Program-made: the position numbers and the translations under genes
Part shown: positions 1 to 14,469 of the stretch, in pieces
Layout of the letters: each line of letters begins with the position of its first letter
Numbering within the stretch: the first letter of the stretch is position 1
From: Macrostomum lignano
Lineage: Eukaryota
Assembly (NCBI GenBank): GCA_002269645.1
Contig: NIVC01000283.1
Span: 653,263-717,262, forward strand
Length of the DNA: 64,000 nt
Direction: 5' to 3'
Notes under the pieces: model-generated
The model's database searches: none
Told to the model about the DNA's origin: nothing
What the model saw: the letters and a program-made list of their open reading frames with translations, nothing else

Positions 1-264
1 TAAATTTTGATATGTTTTTTGCTTCTTGACTACTATTATTCTATTACTACTAATTAGTTCTTTTGTAATACTTACTTAAATACATCACAAGATAATGCTG
101 TTTTTCATCTACAAAGTCATATCATATCAATAAGAGCGCTGGCCTTTGTACTTTGATACAGACTGTACACTAGCTGGTATTGAATTCAAAGGCCAAAGCA
201 CAAAATAGTTTTCTCAAATCTGCTGAAAGAAATATATGTACGATTTATGCTCAGGCAGATACAT

Positions 265-430
265 GCGCAACCTTGGGAATCACTCGGCCGTTTCTATTGG
301 CAACACACACATGTACATGTAAGTCGGTATTGGCTGAGAGCAGCAAGTCACGTGACTACTATTCCATCCAATAGCGACTTCTATGTCTGTGTTGCCAATA
401 GAAACGGCCGGGTGAATCCCTAGGTTGCGC
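265..430. mobile_element. Foldback/MITE-like palindrome
   Basis: GCGCAACC...CGGCCGTTTCTATTGGCAACAC pairs with GTGTTGCCAATAGAAACGGCCG...GGTTGCGC. Confidence 0.6.
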
Positions 431-1284
431 CCAAGCATGCTCAGGCTGAAGATAATGTACATTATGTGCGCACAAGTATTGCTCGCGCAACTAATTGGAA
501 AACTTCATCACCCTCTTATACATGTAAACCCCAGTCCAGTCATTCTCCTCACTATCAGATCAGTCAGTTGATACTTGCCATCACTCGCAAAAAATCAGTT
601 GATGACGTGAAAAACTGAGGTGATTGTCAAAAATTCGTTAATAATCAGCTGTAATTTTGACTTTGTGTGATCACTCGAAAATTGGCCTCATTTGATGGCG
701 GTGTGAACAAGCCTCAATTGTTTCAGCAATAATGTACATTGGCCAGTCCACTGAAATGTACATATATTGCAGCTTTAGGCTGGAATTTAGACAGAGAAAG
801 GCAATAAAATTGGGGCGGGTCATGAGAGGTACGCCGGTTGCGGGGTTGAAGCTAGGGTAAGAGCCAATAAATGAGCCTTGGCTTTAAAAACACATTAACA
901 AGCTTAATTCTGTTTAACTTACTACTAACCTGAAAGTAGCTTACACGCAAATGTGTTGAGTGGCCTATCTTGTCATTGTAGAATCTAGGATATGTGGGCC
1001 CAACTAGACAGGACTATTTCATCTCATCAATGCATGCTTTCTTTACAATTGTAACAATGAATTTGCATGGGGATATCGTCTTAAATATAAAATTTAATAA
1101 TGAATAAAGAGAAAAAACTGGGACACTATGCAATCTGCTAGGGCGCTTTCACGTACATGTAGCCTTAATTTCACTTTGGCCAAAAATTTTCAGCATCCAT
1201 GCACCTTATCGACTATTCGAGTCATCAATTAGAATAAAATCATAAATGCTTCTCATGATAGCTTAGTTGTAGGGGCGTGGCGTC

Positions 1285-1582
1285 GCCACCAAAAAAATGA
1301 GTGCCTGCGGCGCTAAAATGAGTGCTTGCGGCGCCAAAATGAGTGCCTGCGGCGCTAAAATGAGTGCCTGCGGCGCCAAAATGAGTGCCTGCGGCGCCAA
1401 ATTGAGTGCCTGCGGCGCCAAAATGAGTGCCTGCGGCGCCAAATTGAGTGCCTGCGGTGCTAAAATGAGTGCCTGCGGCGCCAAAATGAGTGCCTGCGGC
1501 GCCAAATTGAGTGCCTGCGGTGCTAAAATGAGTGCCTGCGGCGCCAAATGAGTGCCTGTGGCGCCACAATGAGTGCCTGCAA
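1285..1582. repeat. 21-bp minisatellite (GCCTGCGGCGCCAAAATGAGT)n
   Basis: Direct tandem units visible. Confidence 0.95.
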
Positions 1583-1884
1583 CACCGATTCTCAAAATTA
1601 TGTACATGTAGAAATTTAGCCATGTAGAATGTCTTGGTTTGGTTCCCCAACCATAAAATCCATGGGTATAAAGCTTTTGATGCTGCAGTGTATTTTAACT
1701 AGCTTGTATAATCATATTTCTATCGAACTATTACTAATTAGTAGCGACCAATACGGAAAGATTGGAACAGCTTCTTTGCGTAGCAAATAGCCTGTAATAA
1801 TTTCCTTCAGTTCTCTCACCTGCTTTAGTCCCAAAAGTCACACCAGTTCTTTCCTCTCTCGACCCCCCTTCCGCTCCCCCTGCC

Positions 1885-2232
1885 CAAGGACTACTAAAGT
1901 AGAATGACGCGACACTCGAAATCTATGGAAAATGTTTTGAAGGCCATTTTTCGCCGAAAAATACACTACGGAGATAGGAAGTTATCATTTTATCAGCACA
2001 AAAATTGTTATTGCTTTCGATAGAAGACAGATCCAATGTTTATCTTTTGATTTTTGATATGCTGTGCCTTTATTATTGCTCTATTGATATTGCTGAAGTT
2101 GTGCCATGCATTTGAATGATTTTTAGGTACAGGAAATGTACGTAGAATCAAAAGTGGCCTTCAAAACTTTTTCCAAGAAACGTGAATGTCGCGTCCTGTA
2201 TACCGGTATACACGCTGCTTTAGTTGTCCTTG
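1885..2232. mobile_element. MITE with TIR CAAGGACTACTAAAG / CTTTAGTTGTCCTTG and inner imperfect inverted repeat
   Basis: 14/15 TIR match, flanked by CC/CC (possible 2-bp TSD). Inner inverted repeat GACGCGACA...GTTTTGAAGGCCA. Confidence 0.65.
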
Positions 2233-2889
2233 CCTCTGTTCTCTTTGCCTTCCCTGTCCTCGCTTGCTTTAACTTTTGAACCCCTATAAAATAGGGATGC
2301 ATGGACAGGGCCTGTCAGCCACGAGCCAAATATTCATCATTTGAAGAAACCGACCGAAGTACAGATAGAATCTCCTACGCTACCCGATTGAACATCCATC
2401 TGCATCCAACTCGACTATCTTTTTAACAAATCCGCTTAACGGAGACACTTCTAAACCCTTGAGTCTGTCAGTCAAAGCTGGTGGGACAGAAAGCTGAGCA
2501 AACACTGCAGATGCTGCAGATGTTGCTTTTTACCAGCTTCGGCTGATTAGAGCAAAGTTTCTGAGCAAATACTCTAAACAGGCGCTTTCCCATAGAATTG
2601 CGTGTAATGTTATGCAAGTTCAATTTGCATTTGTTTCAGCAATCGCCAACTCGTTCAAATAAAATCTAGTGGGTTCGTCTTGGTGAAATATAGATGCACT
2701 TTTTGAGTTCGAAGTACTCACGTTTGCGCGAACTGTATGGAAAAATTTGTAAAGAAATTTTGTTTGAAATTATTCTATTGAGACCTCTCTATTTCCGAGT
2801 AACTTCAGTTTATGATTGGTAGTATGACAATAATATTATGACTCAGCTTTTTTATTATGACCAGTCTGATTTCGTCTATGAACTAAATC

Positions 2890-3750
2890 TTGTCTATAAC
2901 CCAACCTGTCTATAACCCAACCTGTCTATAACCCAACCTGTCTATAACCCAACCTGTCTATAACCCAACCTGTCTATGACCCAACCTGTCTATAATTCAA
3001 CCTGTCTATAACCCAACCTGTCTATGACCCAACCTGTCTATAACCCAACCTGTCTATAACCCAACCTGTCTATAACCCAACCTGTCTATGACCCAATCTG
3101 TCTATGACCCAACCTGTCTATAACTCAACCTGTCTATAACCCAACCTGTCTATGACCCAACCTGTCTATGACCCAACCTGTCTATAACCCAACCTGTCTA
3201 TGACCCAACCTGTCTATAATTCAACCTGTCTATAACCCAACCTGTCTATGACCCAACCTGTCTATGACCCAACCTGTCTATAACCCAACCTGTCTATGAC
3301 CCAACCTGTCTATAACCCAACCAGTCTATAACCCAACCTGTCTGTGACCAAAATATCTGACTATGACCCAACCTGTCTATGACCCAACCTGTCTATGACC
3401 CAACCTGTCTATAACCCAACCAGTCTATAACCCAACCTGTCTGTGACCAAAATATCTGACTATGACCCAACCTGTCTATGACCCAACCTGTCTATGACCC
3501 ATCCTGTCTATGACCCAGCCTGTCTATGACCCAACCTGTCTATAACCCAACCTGTCTATGACCCAACCTGTCTATGACCCAGTCTGTCTGTGAGCCTGCA
3601 ACCTGTCTGTGTGACTCAAGCTGCCTATAACCCAACCTGTCTGTGACCCAGTCTGTCTATGACGCATTGACCCAACTTGACTACGACCCAAATTGTCTAT
3701 GACCAAATTATCTGTCTCTGACCATACCTGTCTATGACCCAACCTGTCAA
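2890..3750. repeat. 17-bp minisatellite (CCCAACCTGTCTATRA..)n
   Basis: Direct tandem units visible. Confidence 0.95.
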
Positions 3751-3840
3751 GAGATAGGATCCACAGAAATTTCTCTAGGCCTCACAGCAGTTGTTATCCT
3801 CCAATTTTTTACTGCAGGCATTATATGCTACAATATATTC

Positions 3841-5808
3841 TCAGAGCGGCTGTCTGTCTCGGTCCTGTTTCCTGCAGCAGAAGGTCGCGGCATTCTTCAT
3901 CATTCTCAGCAGCTGCAGTCGCATGGAGCCGTTGAAAGCTATCGCCAAGCAGGGGATCACAGCGCAGTTGCAGAAGAAAGCGTAGAAGCTGACCCAGTCC
4001 ACCCTGGCCAAGCCGCTGCTGTGCACAGCCAGGGGCAGGATGCTGACAAAGTGCAGCAGATTTCCCAGGATCAAAGCAGCCAGAGGTTTGCCCAGCTGTT
4101 GCTGGGGCGTCGCCGGCTTCTGCGGTTGAACCGCCACAATGCGTCGGTTTTGTTTCCATCGCAACTTCAGCAGCAGGCAGGCAGTGGCGAAATATGCTGC
4201 CAAAGAGAGCACGTAGAAGCAGATCATAACGCCGGACTTTGCTAGCAAACTATTCGAAGCGACTCGAACCAGCAGATGGCACACGGTGCCGTCATCGTTG
4301 GCCTCATCGGCCGCCGCTACGGAGGTTAATAGCCAGACTTGTAGGATCGCTTCAATTGTTGCCATGGAGACGAAGCCAATTAGAATTATGAGCCCCACTA
4401 GGCGAGTGGACCAAATCGAGTTGAGAGGCTTGGCGATGGCCAAGACACGATCCAGAGCGAGCAGGCTGTAGACGAACACCTCGCAGCCGATGGACACATC
4501 CCGGATGCTGAGAATTAGCTTGCGGGTGGTGACGCCTCTGAGGTGGAAAGAGGCAAAGTTCGGGGTGTGACTATTATGTCTCCTGCGATTCTCAGAATCA
4601 CACCTGCGATTGTTAGGATCTCACCTGCGATTCTCAAAATCTTAGCTGTGATTCTCAGACTCTCACCTACGATTCTAAGACTCTCACCTGTGATTCTAAG
4701 ATTCTCACCTGTGATTCTCAGAATCTCACCTGCGATTCTCAAAATCTCTGTTGTGATTCTCAGACTCTCACCTGCGATTCTCACGGACTCTCACCTGTGA
4801 TTCTCACGGACTCTCACCTGCGATTTTTTGACTCTCACCTGCGGTTTTCAGACTCTCACCTGCGATTCTCTGACTCTCACCTGCGATTCTCTGACTCTCA
4901 CCTGCGATTCTCTGACTCTCACCTGCGATACTTAGAATATCATTCGTACTATTTCTACTCCCAATCTCTGCTGTGATTCATAGTGAGTGAGAGCTGATAA
5001 ATCTCATCAGTGATAGAGGAGATTCCCCAATCTGACTTGGGAAGAAGGGATTCCCCAATCTCATCTGTGATAGAAGGGATTCCCCAATCTCACCTGTGAT
5101 AGAAGGGATTCCCAAATCTCACCAGTGACAGAAAGACGGGATTCCCCAATCTCACCTGTGACAGATAGAGGGAATTCTCCAATCTCACCTGTGACAGATA
5201 GAGGGAATTCCCCAATCTCACCTGTGACAGATAGAGGGAATTCCCCAATCTCACCTGTGACAGATAGAGGGAATTCCCCAATCTCACCTGTGACAGATAG
5301 AGGGAATTCCCCAATCTCACCTGTGACAGATAGAGGGAATTCCCCAATCTCACCTGCGATAGAACGGATTCTCGTCCTCGCTATTCCACGCCTGGCTGAT
5401 CAGCATCTGCTGCTGATGAGGCGCAGTCCGGTTCCAGAATCCCACCCCCATCCGGAACAGCAGCGCGATAAGGTCAGCGGCCAGCAGCAGCTCACAGGCG
5501 GACAGAGTCTGCGTCAACAGTCGATAAGTTCGCCGCTGAATCACCTCCGGGCGTCGGCGGGTGACAGCGAGAATCGCCGAGTTGCCGACGATGGCCACCA
5601 GCGAGACGGCGGCGTAGAAGGCGAAGAACAGCTCCGGGCGGCTCAAGGTCCAGTCGTAGTGCGGCTCCAGCTCCGGGCAGGTCTGCAGCCACGGACTGCT
5701 GCTATTGATGGAGCTGGAGTTCGGGCTGGAGTCATTCATCCCCAAGATGCTGCGGCGGTGTGGGACAATCAATATACTTTCATTACAGCTGGACACCCTG
5801 AGCCTCAT
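3841..5808 (-). CDS. Divergent rhodopsin-like (class A) GPCR, 2 coding exons (5808-5354, 4537-3841), ~383 aa
   Basis: Exons join in frame across a GT-AG intron (CGCAG|GTGAG ... CCACCTCAG|AGGC). N-terminal N-glycosylation sequons (NDS, NSS), TM1 'AIVGNSAIL', TM2 'LSACELL', TM3 'LALDRVLAI' (DRY-like) and further hydrophobic helices. The start could be 5808 or 5739. Confidence 0.8.
4580..5355. repeat. GPCR intron minisatellites: 21-bp (TTCTCAGACTCTCACCTGCGA) and 33-bp (CCCCAATCTCACCTGTGACAGATAGAGGGAATT) units
   Basis: Tandem units fill the intron; the 33-bp array abuts the donor at 5354. Confidence 0.95.
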
Positions 5809-5814
5809 TGACTC

Positions 5815-6240
5815 CTCTGACCCCCTGACCCCCCTGACTCCCCTGACTCCCCTGACCACCCTGACTCCCCTGACCACCCTGACTCCCCTGACCACCCTGA
5901 CTCCCCTGACCACCCTGACTCCCCTGACCACCCTGACTCCCCTGACCACCCTGACTCCCCTGACCACCCTGACTCCCCTGACCACCCTGACTCCCCTGAC
6001 TTCCCTTATTCCCTGACTCCCCTGACTCCCCTGACTCCCTTCACTCCCCTGACTCCGCTGACCCGGACTCCCCTGATTCCCTGACTCCCTGACTCCCCTG
6101 ATTCCCTGACCCCCTTGACTCCGCTGACCCCGCTGACTCCTTTGAATTCCTGACCCCACTGACTCTTTTCACTCCCCTAACTGCTTTGACTACTCTGACT
6201 CCCCAGACCCGCCTGACTCTCCTGACTCCCCTGAGCCAGG
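5815..6240. repeat. 9/18-bp minisatellite (CCCCTGACT/CACCCTGACT)n
   Basis: Tandem units immediately upstream of the GPCR start. Confidence 0.95.
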
Positions 6241-6662
6241 GCAGTACCAGATTTTAATCAGACGCAAACTCACCTTGGCTCAAAGCAGGCGGTATACGCT
6301 CGTAAAATGGACTCACAGCCCAGCAGAGATTAGCCACCGCAATAAGTACTACTGCACTTCCCCTTTGCCTTTAAAAATTTATTTTAAATTTTGTCCTGAT
6401 TGGCTGGCATTCGAAACCAATACCGTGACCCATTTGTAGCACTGCGTATGCGGGCAGCCATTCTCCTTGGCAACAATGCAACAAGAGCCACAGAAGTCGC
6501 TAAATTTGCCCCTTTAAGTTCAAAGTCAGTCGCTTTTTTTGTATATTTGAAAACTGAGCACCGCAGAAGGAAATCAACACTGTAGAAACAGAACAAAGGA
6601 AGAAACTTGTAAGCAAGCACACTGTCTCTGATTTGATTGATTCCAGTGCAGTGCGAATCGAT

Positions 6663-7250
<588 letters not shown>

Positions 7251-7708
7251 AGCAGGGCATGACAGACCGCAGCAAAGGCATGAATCTAATCAATCTATAC
7301 ACAAGAAACGATCACCTACTGGCCGCACCTCAACAACAAGAGAAAAAAATCCAGAAGAGAACAGTTACAAAGCAGTAAGCAAATTATTGCAGCAGGCAGG
7401 TTTTTTTCTCGGGGGGAGAAAATTTGAGACTGAACAGGATCGAGAGCCGCGACAGTAAAACAGTAAAATACAGATTATAACAGCTGTCAAGAGTATTTCT
7501 GCCAAACAGTGTCCATTTAAAAATAAAATTTATAAAACTACGGCTCAGAAGGAAATAGTTTGCCTAAAGTTGCTACCATACTACTAACTCAAACACGTCA
7601 GGAAGTAGTAGCATCAGAGAGAAAATGTTACTTTTATTTATCATTTTTATAACTGAAACAGAGAATGATCAAAATGTTTTCAAGTGACGAGTCGAGAGTA
7701 AGCAGAGC

Positions 7709-9134
7709 TCATTGCAGCCAGAGCGAGTCTCTTCGACTTGAGTAAGGTGAGGCTGAGTAAGGCGCCGTGAGAGCCGACTGCCCGCTGTGGTGCTGATGCT
7801 GCTGGTACAGCGCCTTCCACGGATCCTCTGGCAGCTTCTTGTCCGCCATAGTTGGCTGATGATAGCCGTAGCTGCTCAATACGCTGACAAAAATTAATAA
7901 ATTTGGATTGCTTGTTAGACTACTGATGTGGGAGCGGTGCGAGTAGCAATGCATGAATATATAAAAAATCGCCTAATGACTTCACAATACCACAATTTAC
8001 CTGACCACTGACCTACTCTAAGCCCTCTGACTCTCTCCTGACCTCTCCTGACCTCTTTCAGCACCAAAAGCCATGCACTCACTTATCGGACGCAGCGAAG
8101 TGCCTGAAGGCTTGACTTGTCCAGGCATCTAGCGGTGAGGGATCAATCTTATTGTAAGCCGCCGCCCCAGCAGCCAGGGAGTTGTAAGCCGCAGCCGCAG
8201 CCGCTGTGGTGGAGTCGTACCTCGGATAGTAGGTCGGGTAGGGGTTCTGGCACGCCATGGGCTGGTAGTAGTGCGACAGAGGGTTGTGGTAGGCCATCTG
8301 GTAGGCCGACGACCAGTTCGAAGCGGCCGTGGGAGGTCGGACTCCTCCAGGATGAGGCTGCTGGTGAAGCTGGGGATTATGCGACGACTCCATCAGGTGT
8401 TGATACTGCTGAGAATGAAACTGATGCGGCTGAGGCAGCTGCTGTTGTTGCTGAGGCTCTTGAGGAAACTGATGAGCAAGTTCGACTTGCTGATGAAGCT
8501 GGCTGTAGGTATGACCGTGATGGTGCTGGTGTTGATGCTGATGCAGCTGCTGATGCTGCTGCTGATGCTGCCTGTGCACCTGCGATTCGGTGACATAGTC
8601 ATGCGGCCAACTAGGCCGACTTCCCGGATGCTCGCGGGAGAAGCTGGACGGCTGACTCAGCGCCCGGGTGAAATGCTCCTGCACGGCCTGCTCCGCGCTT
8701 GACTGCCCGATGTAGGACAGCAGCAGGCAGTTGGCGCTCAGGTACATCACTGTTGGAGGCGCGCCCACCGAGTCCTCCGAGTCCTCAGCCTCTCGAGTAT
8801 CGTCATCTTTAGCTCTGTCGTCCGCGCCGCTGTGTCGTCGGTTAGTTCTCAAGCACGGCGTGTTGTCGGCGCCCGGCTGCAACGCCAGGGACTCAGTGTA
8901 GCTGAAGTGCTGTGGAGACCTCTGCTCCGACTTTGACGGGCAGGCGACTTGAATTGGCTGCTGCTGCTGATGCTGCAGCAGTGGCGGCGGCGGTGGCTGC
9001 TGATGATTTGCCTCGAATGGATCATCAGCCGTTGCGGCGGCTGCAGCTGCAGCAGCTGCTGCGGCCACAGCGGCATGCGGGATGCAGTGATCGAAGGCGC
9101 TGCCGGCGGAACCGTGATGATGCGGGCCGTGCAG
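7709..9134 (-). CDS. VGLL: Vestigial-like transcription cofactor (Vg/TDU domain); last two exons 9134-8083 and 7883-7709; 5' exon(s) not located
   Basis: 'MYLSANCLLLSYIGQSSAEQAVQEHFTRALSQ' matches the TEAD-binding Tondu motif (SANC..F.Y...VDEHFSRAL). His/Gln/Ala-rich flanks are typical of VGLL2/3/vg. The exons join in frame (AA|GTGAGT ... TGTCAG|C). Confidence 0.85.
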
Positions 9135-9204
9135 CTGCGAGAATTGCGAATTTGGAAATTCGATTTCTTTGAGAAGCTTATTGGGTGGCTTAGAGGGAAT
9201 CAAG

Positions 9205-9680
9205 GCTGAATAGGGGGCGGATTTACTATTAGCCTTGACTGAATAGGGGGCGGATTCCATCTTAGCCTTGACTGAATAGGGGGCGGATTCCATCAAGCCT
9301 TGACTGAATAGGGGGCGGATTTCATCTTAGCCTTGACTGAATAGGGGGCGGATTCCGTCTTAACCTTGACTGAATAGGGGGCGGATTCCATCTTAACCTT
9401 GACTGAATAGGGGGCGGATTTCACCTTAGCCTTCAATGAATAGGTGGCGGATTTCACCTTAGCCTTCAATGAATAAGTGGCGGATTCCATCTTAGCCTTG
9501 ACTGAATAGGGGGCGGATTCCATCTTAACCTTGACTCAATAGGGGGCGGATTTTACCTTAGCCTTTAATGAATAGGTGGCGGATTCCATCTTGGCCTTGA
9601 GTGAATTGGGGGCGGATTTCATCCTAGCTTTGCCTGAATAGGGGGCGGATTCCATCAAGCCTTGACTGAATAGGGGAGTT
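9205..9680. repeat. 36-bp minisatellite (CCTTGACTGAATAGGGGGCGGATTCCATCTTA..)n
   Basis: Tandem units in the intron upstream of the large VGLL exon. Confidence 0.95.
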
Positions 9681-10196
9681 GACAGACCTACGTATACATG
9701 TTAGGAATAATAAGTACCGACCGCATTCTGACTATGCTTTCAGCTGAAGCAACAGGCAATGATGGGATGGAATGAAAAATCCCAAAAATTACTCTTTCCC
9801 CCAAAAAATATAAACACGCTGTCCAAACTAGTTAAATATGAAAGCATTTTTGCCATTTAAGTCAATTGCATCATGCATATAGAATATTAGCAGCCACTGA
9901 CGTGTAGCTATCATGCGGTTTACCCTACACAAAGCTGTTCCTAGTTTTCATCAGGTTGCTGGTATTCAAAGAGGGGTATAGTTACAAACTCCCGTTAATG
10001 TTATTTTAAAGTCAGTCTCCAGCAGATCAAATGCACACGGCTGTTCGTTTTCAACCAGTGCTGATTGTAACAGTCTGTCAGCACCCATCAGATCGGGCAT
10101 ATCGAAACTCATTATTTAATAGGTTTGAAGCCTTGACAAAAGTCAATTGGTGAATTTGTTGATTCTGAAAAATCACAGATTCGCGCAGGGTGAAGG

Positions 10197-10812
<616 letters not shown>

Positions 10813-11469
10813 AACAGAAATGGTTGCTATGCAGCCCTCAAATCCTTGACATCGTGAGTCCCAGCGCAGCTACAGGCTACGTGCGCACACAATCGCAGCA
10901 GTGTCTCTATCACTGCGCCAGGGGTCGATGGAATGCCAAAATGGCAAAAATTGCAATGGTGGTCAATTACACTCTATACAGAGAAGAGAATTCCTTTCTT
11001 ACCGGATACTGCCCGTAGCTGGTGTAGAGCTGCGTCAGTGGCGGAGTCTGAATGTTGAGGTTCATTCTTGGAGTGCCAAGCGTCATTCCTGAACTGCCTG
11101 GGTCTGGGGGCTCGCCGGCAAGTTATTTACTGAGGAGGGTGAAGAGAATTTCAGGTGAAGAGAATGGCGTGCCGCTCGAGGTGGGGCCCGAATGCGAGAA
11201 TGGGAACTCTGCTGGGGGGGGGGATTCCAGCTTTGTCTGGTTGGCTGGCGGGATTGTCTTTGCGGGCATTTTTGCGGCAACCAATGAGGGATCAGCCATA
11301 GTCTGGCTTGGGAAATCTCGAGCAGCTTTTGAATTAGTTTATTGGCGCTCGTGATTAATTCGATTAATTTGATTTATATTGATCCGATTTTAGGTTTGCA
11401 GAAGTTAAACGAATTTCTTAGAAAATACGAGCTAATCTAAGATCATTCCTCTTAGATTAGATTAGGAGA

Positions 11470-11900
11470 GGATTAGAGGAAGAAGAGGAAAGGAGAGGAG
11501 AGGAGAGGAGAGGAGAGGAGAGGAGAGGAGAGGAGAGAGGAGAGGAGAGGAGAGGAGAGGAGAGTAGAGGAGAGGAGAGGAGAGGAGAGGAGAGGAGAGG
11601 AGAGGAGAGGAGAGGAGAGGAGAGGAGAGGAGAGGAGAGGAGAGGAGAGGAGAGGAGAGGAGAGGAGAGGAGAGGAGAGGAGAGGAGAGGAGAGTAGAGG
11701 AGAGGAGAGTAGAGGAGAGGAGAGGAGAGGAGAGGAGAGGAGAGGAGAGGAGAGGAGAGGAGAGGAGAGGAGAGGAGAGGAGAGGAGAGGAGAGGAGAGG
11801 AGAGGAGAGGAGAGGAGAGGAGAGGAGAGGAGAGGAGAGGAGAGGAGTGGAGAGGAGAGGAGAGGAGAGGAGAGGAGAGGAGAGGAAAGAGAGGAGAGAG
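11470..11900. repeat. (GAGAG)n pentanucleotide microsatellite
   Basis: Tandem units visible. Confidence 0.98.
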
Positions 11901-13009
11901 CTAAGAAGACATCTGAGAACAGACAAACGTTGAGAGAAGGTCGGATTGCCAATTGTGAAGTTTCAAGGACCCAAGAGGGCGGATAAAGAGGCTTCGCTGG
12001 ACGAGTAGCCGACCACTGCAGGCCATGACATGAGGCCCTTTTTATTGGTCAGTCTGGAGGGTCAGATGACCTCTTTGATGCCCAATCCACAGTATAGCCG
12101 GTTTTAGCTGTCCTTTTATTTTCTTTCTTTTAAAAGTATCTAAAAGTATGAAGTGAGACTATATAGGCGCATTGAGCATGCTTCATCACTCATTATTGTT
12201 TGTTTATCCTCGTCTAAAGAGAAGGAACTGAACCAATTGAAGCAAGAATGCACAGGTATGGCGGAAGCGAGATTTAGTAAAGTGATTGCAAATAAAACAC
12301 AGAAGACTACAGAGGATCTATGATAGGATTAAGGAACAACATGCTGAGAACAACACATAAGACAAATTTGCTTTGCTAAAAGAAAGCAACTCGCTAGCGT
12401 TAATAAATTAACGCATTTTCTTGTGTGTTTAAAAGTTTACTATACCCGTTCAAGCTATATATCAGACTTTGGCCCTATCTATACAATAACTGATCAATCA
12501 GTTTTCAAACTCGATTTTCGATTGCAAATGGCTACATGCAGTTCTGCACTGCCTGTCTCATATTTAAGATATTGCTTTCATTTCTTCCTTGCGCAGTTCG
12601 ATCGTTTTTGTCGTTTGAGACGAAATTGATACTGTGTGGGGTTCTTTTTACCTGCATTTTGCCGCTCTCTCTCTCTGTCTCTTCGAGCTTTCTGCTTGCT
12701 GCTTCTGGCGCAGTTGCGAAAGAGAGTATACAGGGCAAAAACGGAAAGCCTGCTATTCGTAAAAAAATGAAATTATTCTGCTTCTTTGGAAGACGAAAAC
12801 AGACTATAAGAGAGATTTTGCTCTTGATTGAGTTGTTCAGTACTCAGCTTGTGGTGCAGAAAAACCTTGCCTGCTCAGTGCTGCAGATCTGCACTGGAAG
12901 GTGGAACTGCAAACGGCCTCCTCTTGCCCTTCATGCTTAAGGAGACCAGAATCGAAAATTATTTGCTTTTTTCATGCATGCACTTCTTCGTTAACAAGAT
13001 TTCAGTTGG

Positions 13010-13700
13010 ACTAGACTAGATAGATTGGGAATACGAGATAGATTAGATCGATTAGGAATAGACTAGATAGATTGGGAATAGACTAGATAAGATTGGGAGT
13101 AGACTAGATAGATTGGGAATAGACTAGATAGATTGGGAATAGACTAGATAGATTGGGAATAGACTAGATAGATTGGGAATACGAGATAGATTAGATCGAT
13201 TAGGAATAGACTAGATAGATTGGGAATAGACTAGATAAGATTGGGAGTAGACTAGATAGATTGGGAATAGACTAGATAGATTGGGAATAGACTAGATAGA
13301 GTTGGGGGAAATAGAATAGATGGATTGGGGATAGACTAGATAGATTGAGGATAGACTAGATAGTTTGGGAATAGACTAGATAGAGTTGGGAATAGACTAG
13401 ATAGAGTTGGGAATATACTAGATAGAGTTGGGAATATACTAGATAGATTGGGAATAGAATAGAGTTGAGATGAACTAGATAGATTGGGGATAAACTACGA
13501 CCGTAGATAAGATTGGGAATAGACTAAATAGATTTGGTATAGACTACAGATTACAGATAGATTGAGAATAGATTAAATAGAATTAGGAATAGAGGATAGA
13601 GATAGGGATTAAATTAAATATATTGGGAATATACTATAGAGATTCGGAACAGATTAGATATATTGGGAATGGACTAGATAGATAGGGAATAGACTAAGTG
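13010..13700. repeat. ~20-bp minisatellite (GACTAGATAGATTGGGAATA)n
   Basis: Tandem units visible. Confidence 0.95.
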
Positions 13701-14469
13701 ATACACAAACCCAACATACAGATTGTGCATGCAGGCCGGGCCTCCGCGGCAAGTGTCTATCTTTGATTGATCCATTACGCGCGTGTCCTGAAGCAGTGGC
13801 CCTACAAATAATGGATGGAACATAGACGAAAGCAGACAGTCGGGCACTCAGAGCATTACAGAATTCAACAGGTGCCCTTGGATTGGTGGTTGGCGGCCAC
13901 CACCCCCCTGTTTTACTGTTTTTGTTGGCCTTCCATGAATCTGTAAGATATCCTGTCTGTTATGGGGTCGCCGATATCCTGTTCCCATCTTTCTTACAGG
14001 AGGGGATTGTTAACGGAATGACAGCAGGTGACGCCAGACCTGACAGGGCGGCCTTCCCCTCCCACACAATATCCCTGTTGGGGAGATATGTGGCCACGTG
14101 CAAGCCACAGTTGTCGGTGGTCTTTGTACCCATAGCTAACCAATAAAACGAGACACGACCAACTTGCAGTATTGTTAAGGCAGCCCAAGGACAAGAAGCC
14201 AGTGGGGGGGGGTGATATCCCCTGATACCACCCGCTGCGCCCATGCGGTACACAAAGACGCGGTGTAGATGTGTATATAGGCAATTTACTAAATCTGATA
14301 TAGTAAAACTCTGCACAAAAAAGCAATGACGATCTGGGATTGAATGAAAAGGGCGGCTGTGCATCATAACTCACTGCAGATCTGTGCAGACTGCTTTGCC
14401 CCTTGCCGACAAAAGTAGCTGGGGATACCAACAGACTGGTGGGCATGCAAAACGGGATAATTCATCTAG

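Noticed and set aside
8117-8702. Plus-strand ORFs overlapping the vestigial-like exon
   Set aside because: Antisense shadows of a GC-rich, CAG/GCN-repeat coding exon.
13960-14367. ORF with faint resemblance to a parvoviral capsid motif (RDIVWEG)
   Set aside because: Only a few residues match, no NS1 or other viral hallmark is nearby, and it cannot be supported without a search.
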